DNA of 64,000 nt from Octopus sinensis (GCF_006345805.1 NC_043000.1:49600001-49664000); one strand, 5' to 3'; shown: positions 39,700 through 52,326, counted from the stretch's first letter. The notes: a model not told the origin generated them from the letters alone. A program made the numbers and translations.

Positions 39700-39850
39700 T
39701 ATCGGAGATATTATCTCTAATTCAGATGTGCTGTGCCTCCAGCTTCAGTTTTGTGTTAGTATTCATTGTAGTTCAGTATATAATGCGTTATTGAAGTATG
39801 ACTTTCAAGCTGCTGGCTATGCAGATGATCACAGAAGCTTTTCAAATGTT
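39700..39850 (+). pseudogene. Degenerate LINE reverse transcriptase core
   Basis: CAVPPASVL (AVPQGSVL-like) near 39727, and GYADDH at 39815-39832, the YADD catalytic motif. The fossil probably extends to about 40330. Confidence 0.55.
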
Positions 39851-42797
39851 CTCATCCTTATTTAAATATGATGTGCTATGTAGCAGATTACTAGAAAGTC
39901 TTATTAAAGTTCAATGGTTGATCTCTTTGAGCTTAAACACTTGAAAATAAAACTGAAATAGCCACATACTTTAATAAGTGTTTTCATATATACTTCAGAT
40001 CTAGTTGGATCTTGAATAAATGTTTTCATACATACTTGCAGATCCAGATGGCAATTCTTAGAGAGTATGTTTGTTATGAAAATATTGAGTTGGAGCTGAG
40101 TTCTTAGGTGAAAGACTGTGAAAAACTGTGATTAATCAATTGATATGACTAAAGAATTACAAAAGAACAATCCATCCCATCCCAGTAATAGATGAGCTTC
40201 TAAATGAGAGAACTGAATTTAAATAGTCCAAAGAATTTAAATAAACATGCTATCTTAGCCTCACAATGAAAAGTAAAATACAGGTTTTATCATGTGGGTA
40301 AAAATATGGGACTGATGTTCTTGGGATCCTCATCTATAGACAAGTATACTTTCTCTGATGAAGGTCTAAGAAGTATTAACAACTAATCAGATTAATTTTC
40401 ACAACAAGGCTAAAATTGCATATTTATTAAAAACAAAAAAAGTATATTTTACATTACATTTTAAAGTGTTTAAAAATGCTGTGTATTACACTATGAATTA
40501 AATACATAATCCTTGCTGACATAGTATGCACTGCTATGCAAATTACTCTGGTCATTTGAGATGGCTTCAAATTTCTATGAATTAATTAGAGATATAAGCT
40601 ACTACTCACTCGTTTGACAGAATAATGGATGTTTTTCTCTCTCAAAGAAAGACTTAAGAAAGCTTGAAACTAGTCAGAACAAACACATTTATTTTTTTGT
40701 TATCTCAGAGCGATAAAACCTATAATGTAATCATTTTGCTTATGGTGAGATTACAATCATATTATAATTTTTTGAAACTCAAAATAACTTATATTTCAAA
40801 TTGTCAAAAAATGCACTGTATTGCATAATGAATTTACACATCTAAAGATGTTCCATTATTAGTGCCAGTTCACTGCCTTTTGTTAAGTTAATATTGATTT
40901 CTGTCAGAGGCAAAAGTTCTCAAATTTTATGAGCTTGGTATAGTTGATTAAATTGCTCAAGTACTTGACTGGCAATTTTATCAAATTAATCTCAGATGGC
41001 TGACAGGCTTTGAATTCAGACTGCAAAGGGTCATAAAATTTTGTCCAATGCTGTGATGATTTTACCAATCTGCCCCAATTAAAACTGAATTCATACATTA
41101 GAACAAAGCTATGAATTTGTAGGTGAGGATCAATTTAGTTCAATTAGTATTTAATCAACCCTGGTGAGATAAAATACAATGCCAGCTACTAACAAGATTT
41201 GAACTCAAAACATAGAAGGGTGAAGCTAAATAGTGGAATATAATTAGTAAGATACTCTATCATTTCTGTCAAGTATTTTAGAATCCATTTAGACATTCAT
41301 TTAAAACTCAAATGCCATGTAGAGTAGAGAAAATTGCTATCTGTTTCTCATAAAAATCTCAAGCAATTGTAGATTCTTTCACTTTTTTCTTCTACTTTAG
41401 ACTGAAATTCTTCTTCCTGCCTTGATGAAGTATTTAAACAATTGTTTGTTTGTGTCAGCAAATAATGCATCAATAAATTACATGTTGAGAATGTTACATT
41501 CAATCATATTCAATAAGCTGTCTTGAGATTGTCAAAGATTGCTGTGCAAACTTTCACAAGCTAAATATTGACAAGAGAATAATGTTTAAAAATCTTATAA
41601 TGTCTTATAAGTGACACTGTCATATCCCTTGTTTCTATTTCTAACCTTTATATGAATATATTTTATACAAATCTTCCTATTAAGGACTTGACTCGATTAA
41701 CCCTTGACTTGACATTATTTTCCAACCAGAGATTTCCTGACAAGGTCATTTCTTATTATATTTTAACATAATGAAATACCACTTTTTTCCCTAGCTGATT
41801 GCTGTCTCACTTACACAGATGTGTTCAAACACCAAAACAAACAGTTACTTACTGTCCAGTTACTCCTCCCTTAACACAATATATGTCACCAGTACTTAGC
41901 AATGCTTTGATAGGAATATAGGGTTTCTAAAGAAATGTATATCACTTTATAAAGATGACCAAACAATCATAATCTCAGAACTGGATACTTCATAATATTT
42001 TGTTTCCATCTTTCATAGTTTTCAGTTCAAAACCAGATGCAGTTAATTTGGCATTTTGTCATTCTAGATTCAATAATACAAGTACCAGTAAGTGATTTGG
42101 GATACGAAAACTAAAACAAAAACAAAAAAAACACCAATCTGCTATGCTATCTCGTCTTCCAAAACTAACCTTGTTCCTGAGAGAGTAATCAGTATTCATT
42201 CAAATATTCATTCAAATGCAAAAAGAACATCACAAGAGAAACAACTTGATAAAATGTTGTATGCTACAAAGTTCTCAATCTTTCAATTGGCTATAATGAG
42301 AAAAGAAGTATAACTAGAAAATAATGTTTATCATTCTCATTAGATGCCATATTCTCTTGAAATTTCCTAAAACAAATAACATATCTATATCCGAATGGTT
42401 GTGCTGAGAGTGAATAGTGAGTAAGTATTTGGTGCAGTCTACATATCAATGCAAGTTAGACAGTCATCAGCTGGGGAAAAATTTTTAAAAAATGGTATTT
42501 TGCTCTGTTCCTTATGTTTCAATGTAGTAAGAAAATGATCTTGTCAGAAAATCTGCAGTACGAAAATAATGTTGCATCAAATGTATTAGGGATGATGCAT
42601 ATACTGAAGCAGCTTCATCAGAGTCTTTTTTTCGTTTTCAGTCTTGTAGATATAAATCTGTCTAAGATATACCACATGGTCATGTAGTAAGGAGTTTGCT
42701 TTGCAGCCATGTGATTTTGGGCTTAGTTCCGCTGTGTTGGCACTAAAGCCTTGACACAATGAATTAGGTAATTCAAAGCTGAGAGAAAGCTGTGTAA

Positions 42798-42835
<38 letters not shown>

Positions 42836-42837
42836 GT

Positions 42838-43006
42838 AAAAAGCACCCACTACGCTCATGGAGTGGTTGGCATTAGGAAGAGCATCAAGTTGTAGAAACA
42901 CTGCCAGATCAGACTAGAGCCTGGTGCAGCCTCCTGGCTGCCCAGACACCGGTCGAACCGTCCAACCCGTGCTTGCTTGGAAAACGGACGTTAAACGATG
43001 ATGATG
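42838..43006 (+). mobile_element. SINE-like family B, 5'-truncated
   Basis: GTAAAAAGCACCCACTAC...GGACGTTAAACGATGATGATGAT. Confidence 0.85.
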
Positions 43007-43100
43007 ATATACAGAGAGAGAGACAGAGAGAGTTTGAAGTGGTGTACAGATATTGTATATTAAGAAAAAGAAGATCGTCAGAATTTTGGATAATGTGCAT

Positions 43101-43142
<42 letters not shown>

Positions 43143-43154
43143 GTGTGTGTGCGC

Positions 43155-43345
43155 GTGTGTGCTTGTCTTTGTGTTTGTCCCATCTTTGCTTGACAACCAG
43201 TGCAGGTTTATTTGTATCCTTGTAACTTAGCAGTTCAACAAAAGAGAATAATGGATTAAGTGCCAAGCTTAAAAATAAGTATTGGGATCAATTTGTTTAA
43301 CTAAAACACTTCAAGGCCACAGTCCAATGACTGAAAATGAAAGAT
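43155..43345 (+). mobile_element. SINE family A, 3' module, diverged
   Basis: GTGTTTGTCCC...GCTTGACAACC...AACTTAGCAGTTC...AATGACTGAAA. Confidence 0.7.
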
Positions 43346-43787
43346 AAATGAATGAGTGTGATGTCTATGCATTTCCCAGAGGCATAAGCAGAATAATTCA
43401 ACTGAAAATTACTTCAGTTAGGATTTGAAACCTGCTTATGAACTTATCTGCTTGTGCTTAACACTATTCTACTATACTCATGGTATTCGACCCAATGAAG
43501 AAGTCTCACTATATACGGTTGCTCAAACTGCTAGGAATAACAGCAAAATCTCCCTTCATTCAATCAAACCCCACTGTCTTTAATAAAGGAATCTACATTA
43601 GACAATGTTTTCTCTGATATGGTAAAGTTAGAATACATTTGATCATAGGTCAAACGATGGTGATCATAGTATTGATGTCTAGCAGTGCTTAGTCTCATAA
43701 CCCAAACAGGTAACTGGATCATCACCATCATCATCATCATCATCATCATCCTTGTATGGGTTGAACAATTTGACAGGTGCTGGTGAG

Positions 43788-43981
43788 TTGTTGTTGTTGT
43801 TAAGCAACAAGACGGGTAAGAACGATTAGGTGACAGCCTAGGGCTTAGGGGCAGACCTAGAAAAAAAAACTTTGGTCGTTTTGTTGTAGTCAAGGGCTCT
43901 TCGTTGATGCCTGACACCACTGGGAGGTGGCCCTCGAAGTCGCTGGAAATGGAGATCTCCAGGTCCAAATTCTTGGACGGC
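43788..43981 (-). mobile_element. Short (CAA)n-tailed retroposed element, copy 1 (194 bp)
   Basis: 10-bp TSD TGCTGGTGAG at 43778-43787 and 43982-43991; (TTG)n on the + strand at the left end; inserted in an old family B copy; aligns with 48241-48443. Confidence 0.85.
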
Positions 43982-44378
43982 TGCTGGTGAGCCAGAGACC
44001 TGTGCTGAGTTCTACTGTCTGCATTATCGTGGTTTCTATTGCTGGATACTCTTCATAGCACCAGCCACTTTACTGAAAGCTTTTTGCATGGAACCAACAT
44101 CAGTGAGGTTACTGGAAATCTTGTTAACATGTTGCAGTGGTTGAAAGTGGGTATACTACTGATGTAATGCCCCAGTGCTTTCTCCAGTTCCACAAGAGGA
44201 ATCAAGCTAAAACACTTGCCACTGACTGCATTGTTGTACCAACTTAGATTTAGGGGAACATGCTTCTTGAAACTTAAGTATCTTAATCACAGGCATAATA
44301 CAGTAGCTGTGAATGTGGGTATTTTCTCTGTGGTTTGATATTGTTAAAAAAAAAAGAATTTATTATTGTATCATTTAA

Positions 44379-44635
44379 CTTTTACTTGTTTCATTCATTC
44401 GACAACTGTCATGTTGGGGGAGGGGGCACTGCCTTAAAGAGCTTTAGTCAAACAACTTGAGCTCAGTACTGGTTTTTCAAGCTTGGTCCTGGTATTTATT
44501 TTATCAGTCTCATATGCTGAACTGCAAAGTTACAGAGACATAAACAAACCATCACTAGTTGTCAAGCAGTAGTGGAAGACAAACACAAAGATACACACAC
44601 ATGTATACACAAATACATGCATAGATGTATGTGTG

Positions 44636-44676
<41 letters not shown>

Positions 44677-44703
44677 TATATATATATTATATATATATAT
44701 ATA

Positions 44704-44791
<88 letters not shown>

Positions 44792-44804
44792 TAATAATTA
44801 TATA

Positions 44805-44856
<52 letters not shown>

Positions 44857-45253
44857 TTACAAAAATAGACATAATCTCTTGAATATTAAATCTAATATTT
44901 AAAATAATAGGTAAGAAACCAGTTAATTCATTGGATATTATTATCCCTTAATGAAGCTTACTTAACCTCTAAATGAACTTACATATATACATATATACAT
45001 ATATATATATGAATTACAAAGATATATATATATATATATATATATAAATATAAAATACATATATATACATATATGTGTGTGCGTGTGTGTACGGCAGGCT
45101 TCTTTCATTCTCCATTTACCAAATTCACTCGCAATGCTTAGGGCAGGCCTGGGGCCATAGTAGAAGATAGTTGCCTCAAGATACCATGCAGAGGAACTGA
45201 AAACAAAGCCATGTGGTTGGAAAGCAAACTTCTTACCACACAGCCATACCTGT
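44379..45253 (-). mobile_element. SINE family A with a greatly expanded interior
   Basis: 3' module at 44379-44600 and 5' module at 45090-45253 in the expected order, separated by ~490 bp of (TA)n-rich sequence. Confidence 0.7.
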
Positions 45254-46954
45254 ACCCATAGCAACAATTTCTTTACTAAACATTTCAAAAATAAAGAGAA
45301 CAGTTCTTTGATTATAAATAGCACAATTATAATTAATAAACATATAAAATATTATTACAAAGTTTAGTGTAAATATCTTGTTCTTTTGTCACTTGGTATA
45401 AAATATGTTACTAATAAAATCTTACTGTGTCCGCACAATCATTTACTTTTACTGAAATTGTGCCTAAGAATTATTGGATTACTTTTCACACTTTAGACTA
45501 TGCAAGTCAGCCTATCTAGTTTCCTCACAGAATATCTAGTTTAGAGTTGTCTTTTATTTTCTTGTAATCTTCTGGAATAAGCCTCTTATATCAACCTTAT
45601 TGCTATAAATAATGATTCTTCAGACCACTGCCAAGAAATGTTTTAGCCTGTAAATAAGCAAGATATTTCAAGTAAAAGATTTTATATATTTCTGGATTAA
45701 GCCATCTTACATGTGTGAGTGTGCATGGGTGTACATTTGTATGTATGTGTGTGTGTATGTACATTCACATATACCGCTGTGTAATTTTCTTTTCTACATC
45801 ATATATCATCCTTTTACAATCTAGCTAAGCCCATTTTCTCTCATGCAGAATATACAGCAGCACTTCTTTAATGGATATCCTTAAAAGTCACCGATTTTAC
45901 AACCAATCAAATGCAATTTGAAGGAGAAGACAACTGAAATTTTCATTATCTGACAAGAGATTTAGCAAACTAAATGCATTAAATATATATGTTTGTGTGT
46001 GTGTGTGTATGTATCTGTAAATGTGTGTGTGAATAGGCTAGTAAAGTAGGGTTGATCAAATGTTTAATACTATAAGTATCATCATTTTGTTTTGTTTTTT
46101 GTTTTTTTAGATATATTTTATTTTCATTATCTTATATTTATTCAATCCTTACATCATATGATTAGCAAGAGGTTTAAATCTTAAATCTTCTGACTCTGCA
46201 TTGAAATGTCAGTAACATTGCAGTGCCCCCCTTTTATTATCAGAATTTTAAACAAAGAAATTATAGCTGTTATGCGATGTGGTTTGGTGTGGCGTGAAAT
46301 ATGGCTTTCATTTTGTATCCTCCTAATCACCTCATGAAAAGTGATTAAGGATTCTAATCCCTAATATCCTATGTTGTTGTTGTTGCTGTTGTTTAGAGCC
46401 AGGTCAACCTTGATTGGGAGATTTATGATCAAAGGTGCTCCTGTCAAGATCAAACTGTCTTTTTAGTAGTATCTAGAACTACATTATGTAAAATACCCCT
46501 TCTTTCTTCAAAGCAATACAGTGTAATTTTAGGAAAATCCAGATGCTATATAGTGGCTTCCATGTTGATGTTTCCATGGACACAGGCATGATTAATTAAC
46601 CTTGCTTCCCAGCCATGTGATTCTGGATTTTGAGCCTTGAGCAAGCATCTCCTAACATTGCTTTTGGCTTTGGTTGATTAATGTTTGGTGATTTAAGCTT
46701 GATGTTGCTGTAGTTTGTTTAATCCCAGGTCACTCATGGTTTATAATATTTATGATAATAAGTATTCCTGCCACAACTATCATGTCTTTTATCTCTATGT
46801 GTTAGGAACGCCAAACCACATCAACTGATTACCTGATATGTTCCTTTAAGCCAGTAGGGTGTGATTTGAGGAAGGATTGTGTACTATTTCTCAGAGATCA
46901 GGCAATCATCAAGAACCCTACTCATTAAATTCATTATACATCTATAATTATACA

Positions 46955-47015
46955 TCTATGTATATATATGTGTGTGTATGTGTATATATATATTTATATA
47001 TATATACATACATAC

Positions 47016-47048
<33 letters not shown>

Positions 47049-47441
47049 AAGAGATATGCACATACACATATATACACACACTCATACATATACATATATA
47101 CATATATACACATACATATGTATATACATATAAATATATATAAATATGTAAATGCATATACATATGTATATATATATATATTTATATATATACATATGTA
47201 TATACATATATATATAAATATATACACATATATATAAATATGTGTATACATATATATATGCATATCTGTGTATATATATATATATATATGTATATACACG
47301 TATATAATGTAGATATACATATTCATATATATTCATATATATATATATACACACAAGCAAACACATATATACACATATATGTACATATGCATATACATAG
47401 ATATACACATGTATATATACATATATATGAATATAAATATA

Positions 47442-47476
<35 letters not shown>

Positions 47477-47580
47477 GTGTGTACATATATATATATATGT
47501 ATGTGTGTGAGAGAGAGAGAGAGAGTGTGTGTGTATGTGAGCATAAATATATATAAATAGATGTAAATATATGTATGTGT
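46955..47580. repeat. Degenerate (TA)n/(TACA)n/(GA)n microsatellite block
   Basis: Direct reading; source of the 205-aa ORF. Confidence 0.95.
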
Positions 47581-48240
47581 ATATCATTTGCCAATGTACA
47601 CTGGCAAAAGATACACACATCACTGAGAAAATCAATACAACCAGTGCATTCAAACAAAAATATCTTGCCGTATTTATTCCGCCTCAGCTGTGCAGACACT
47701 TCCTTGCCATTCTTACCATAGGAAATGCAATGAACCAGTGATTGCCCCTATGGAAAGTTATAACTAACGACGCTATTGTTCACTATATGCATGATACAAA
47801 AATGCAAAATAAATGAATAAAATATGCAGAAGCTTTGTCATTATCACATGTTGTTTTATGAATTGATAGATGAGATCTGAGAGGATAGATAACCAAATCA
47901 ACAGAGTAACAGACAAAGTGAAAAAGTAGGTGGTCAATCGATATCTCACTGGTAACACAATGTTACTTTCTTGCCCAGAGTACTTAGTTCTTAAATGGTA
48001 TGGGCTACCTATCTGTAAATAGGTACCACAAAGACGTAACAATTTACTAAAATATGTAGTAGCACTATTATAAAATTAGCATGTGTTTCGTAAGCTTTCA
48101 GAACAGACAAACTTTTACTAAGAATGTAATTCGCTAATACCAACATGTCTGGATTTGTATACACTAAATGGAGGGGAAATATTTGGTGATAGAACTATGA
48201 TACAATGTCTTGAAGAACTGATCTGTTGTATGTGTTGTTG

Positions 48241-48443
48241 TTGTTGTTGTTAAGCAACAAGACGGGTAAGGGTGATTAGGTGATGGTCTAGGGCTTAGGG
48301 GCGGGAGACCCCAGACCTTAGCAAAAAAAAAACTTTGGTCGTCTTGTTGTAGTTGAGAGCTCTTCATTGACACCCGGCACCACTGGGAGGTGGCCCTCGA
48401 AGTTGCTGGAAATGGAGATCTCCAGGTTCAAATTCTTGAACGG
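48241..48443 (-). mobile_element. Short (CAA)n-tailed retroposed element, copy 2 (203 bp)
   Basis: 18-bp TSD CTGTTGTATGTGTTGTTG at 48223-48240 and 48444-48461; aligns with 43788-43981. Confidence 0.85.
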
Positions 48444-51400
48444 CTGTTGTATGTGTTGTTGTGTAGCTTCAAAAGAAGCATGATGGAGCAGATTTATATT
48501 CAAAGACACTCCAACCATGACCATCCTCTTTGTCTGTCAAGCAGAGTGTAGCAAGCTAGCATTACACAATGTAGTTTCTCGACAAGTTTGGTTGCTACTT
48601 TCAGCAGATCAAACAACTATACAGAAGCTCCCTGATAAGTTCCAGTTAAATACGTTTTGATCAACAATGATAATTTTTCTTATGATTATTTTCAAAAGGA
48701 TGATGACAAGGTTTTTTTTCCCTCTTTAATTTTTATTTATTTATTTGTTTATTTTTGTTTTCATTTTATTTTTCTCAAATTAAAATTTTTTGAAATTCAT
48801 AGAAAAAAAAAAGTGTTTTCATTAATCGAAATTAGGGAGTGGAAATCTGAAATCGAAATTTGAACTCAAATTGAAATTCAAATAAATCAATTGCCAGTTG
48901 TTGAGTTGTTAATTATATCAAAAGGTTTTGACATAATTAACAATTTAATGACTTGGAACTCATTTTTTTGTTTATTTTTTCATATAAGAGATTTTAAAAT
49001 ATTTCTGAAGAATTTCCAATATGCATTGAGAGTGTTCTCATGTTGTGCGATGCTATGGTATAAGCAGAAAGGTATGATGGCTGAGTAAATAAGGTATTGG
49101 AATCCAAGGTCATAGGTTCAAAACTCTACTGTGGACATTTTATTTATTCTTTTATTAGTATCTATCATTGTCCTTTGGCCATGTTAGGCTACCACCATTA
49201 GACATTTTGTTCTATCCCATTGAAACAGAATATATTTCATCCTGGTATTTATTTTATTGATCGCTAATATATCAAATGGCTGCGGTATATATTTCGAGTG
49301 AAGGGACACAACCTGACACAGGTAAATAAAAATTGCTGGCTTTTCATTGCTTCCAACGGCAACCGCATAATTCTTCTTCCTTCACTGAATAAAACAAAAA
49401 AATTGTTTACTCTACATACACACACATGCTTGTACACACACATACACTTATAAACATACATACCTATATACAAATACATCAAGACCCTTGGCAATATGCT
49501 GTACTTGAGAAGAACCATCTACCCAGCTTAATTTGTGCAAAGCTTTTATAGTGGATCAAAAATACAAAACTCACCCAAAGCATATCTATTTCAACTTAAG
49601 AACAACATGGGTTTTTAAATATCCAGTGGGATTTGAAATCACACCTAGAGATGCTATTGACGTTTCTATAGTATATTGGGACTTATCTACTATTAACCTG
49701 GACAGTTTGCTTTCAGCTACTCCAAAGTTTTACTTGTTTATGTTTCAGACCATGCTGTAGAACAACAAAATCCTTTTTAGTTGGTATTAGTAATGTCAGT
49801 ACTTAGTCTTGTACTTAATCTGTTGATCTCTGCTTCTGAAAAGATTAAGTTGTCCTTAGCATAAATGTAGGAAACCTAAAAATCCTATAATGAACGTTTG
49901 TCTAACACATTAATTCACACTGATACACACATACATATATGAACACAATCAGCCCTTCACACACACCTTACACATGCAAAACAAAATCCCACAAATATAT
50001 TTATTATGGGATGGGCTTCTGCACACTTTCTTTACTAAACAAGCAAGGCCAAAAAGTTACCCAAAATGCTTTAATGTGAAACAGAACCTAGAACACCATG
50101 ATTGCAAATCAATCTTCTTAACTACATAACCATGCTTTAATTTTTGCAGGCTTTATTAGAAAATTCACACATTAATAAATAAATGAATAAATTAAGCAAC
50201 AAGCTGATAACTATGATACATTTTTATAAACAATTTTTGTAGCAATAATTTGAAAATAACAAAAATCCTTGTTGTGGGAATTAAACCACACACCACTTGG
50301 AGAGCAGATGCATTGCTTATTCATTTACACCACAGGGACTTCACAACTTCCTACTCTCAGATTAAGAGGCCAACGGAAGTGAGCGCTAGCTGGTTTATAT
50401 TCCCATCAGTGGCTTTGCTATTATTTTTTTCACTTTCTCTTGAATTTTATTGAACTGAATATCATTTGATAAACAAATATACATATACACATGCATACAG
50501 ACACTCATACATACATGTATATATATACATATATGTGTGTATACACACACATATATACATACATAAACACATGCACACATACACACACACACACACACAC
50601 ACAAATATACATATATAATTGTCACTTAAAGTGTCTAGGGTGTTAAAAACCACCTTCATTGCTAGAAATAAGAGCTAAAATGCTCTAATTCTAGAATAAA
50701 CATACATGAATGAAAATATACACTAACAAGGACCATAACTGGTCAGTATATTTTTAACAATTATGATCCCTGTTAGTGTATATGGTTTCATTTATGTGCA
50801 TTAACTACAGCATTAGAGTGTTTTAGCTCTTATTTCTAGCAATATAGTGACAATTATAATTTTCCCTTTTGGTGAAACATTGTAACCTGCTGTTTATATT
50901 AATTTAATTTTATAATACACACACACACACACATTCAAATACATATTTTTCAGGCAAAAGAAAAGAATATTCAATTCATGATGTAGAGTATATATTCACT
51001 GAAAATCTATTAGTGATTCATTTCATTCTGGTTTGGGTTTGCACATGTTAGGTAGAGATATCATTAGGGCAATATTTCGTGAATAATTGAAGCTGTGACT
51101 ACAACACATCTTTAACCAATTTGAATTAGCTAAGCTGATTCTCATTGGTCAAACCCAGTTATGTGGTCAAAAATGTGGCAAGTCAGAAATATTGCTGGCC
51201 AGACTGCTACGTATAAAGAAATTACTCATTTCAAGCCTAGAAACTTGTTTATACTCTATGATATTTGTTAGATTATATCTAATCTATATTTACATAATAT
51301 TGCTGACCGTCTTTATTGTTGTCTTTTTAATGACACAAATCCTGTAGGTGTGTGGTGTTTTAAAGTATGAGAGATCTTTATCGATAATTCCCCCTGTTGT

Positions 51401-51880
51401 TGGCAGATATTCCAGGACTTCTTGTCTGCTGAATTGCAGAAAACTTTGGACAAAGATATGAAGCTTTCATTGTTCCTTGATCTGAATGAGTGTAGATGCT
51501 GGTAATAATAATTTTTGAAAGTGTTCACAGTAAGTTCCTGTAATATATTTCACCACAATCCAAGGGTGTTACAAATACTCAAAACATTACTGCTTTGGAA
51601 AGACAGAATTCCTTGAATAGTAGCAGGTAAATGATTTCTGTCAGGCACACACTAGTTGCTGTAAGCCTGTGTACTTGTATTGTTTTAGTTGCATTGTGCA
51701 ATCAAGAAGACAAAACCCTGCAAGCACAATTGGTACTTTTCAGAGTTTGTAATTGGATAAAATGACTGTTTTACCATGTTTTACTTTCAACACACAATCT
51801 TACATCAAGCTACTTACCAAACATGTACAACTTCAAAATATGTGTGTGTGTGAAAGAGAGAGAGTGAGTGTGTATAATAT

Positions 51881-52326
51881 CTCTTTTACTCTCTTTTACT
51901 GGTTTCAGTCATTTGACTGCGGCCATGCTGGAGCACTGCCTTTTAGTCGAGCAAATCGACCCTGAGACTTATTCTTTATAAGCCCAGTACTTATTCTATC
52001 GGTCTTTTTTGCTGAACCGCTAAGTAATGGGGACGTAAACACACCAGCATCGGTTGTCAAGCGATGTTGGGGGGACTAACACAGACACACAAGCATATAC
52101 ACACACATTCATAAATATATATATATAGAGATAGATAGATAGATAGATAGGTAGATATATACATATATACGACAGGCTTCTTTCAGTTTCTGTCTACCAA
52201 ATCCACTCACAAGGCATTGGTTGGCCCGGAGCTATAGCAGAAGACACTTGCCCAAGATGCCACGCAGTGGGACTGAACCCGGAACCATGTGGTTGGTAAG
52301 CAAGCTACTTACCACACAGCCACTCC
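51881..52326 (-). mobile_element. SINE family A, full length, young
   Basis: (CTCTTTTACT)2 tail, all modules present, internal (TAGA)n/(TA)n tract. Confidence 0.9.

Noticed and set aside
42026-42087. Candidate 62-nt plus-strand exon (TTTCAG...GTAAGT), frame SKPDAVNLAFCHSRFNNTST
   Set aside because: Several competing AGs, no homology, and no supporting neighbouring exons.
43825-43860. Telomere-like TTAGG(G) words in the CAA element
   Set aside because: Only two or three dispersed, imperfect units that form part of a stem-loop; not a telomeric array.
43880-43981. HDV-like or hammerhead ribozyme at the 5' end of the CAA element
   Set aside because: No P1 complement for the first 7 nt, no room for P4 and J4/2, and no CUGANGA/GAAA core. 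Kept only as an unclassified structured RNA.
47880-48030. Plus-strand peptide VNRYL...KWYGLPIC, faintly like an RLE-LINE RT thumb region
   Set aside because: Too short and interrupted by stops to support without a profile search.
51371-51505. Protein-like frame IFQDFLSAELQKTLDKDMKLSLFLDLNECRCW*
   Set aside because: No start codon, weak acceptor, no donor, and no recognisable family.
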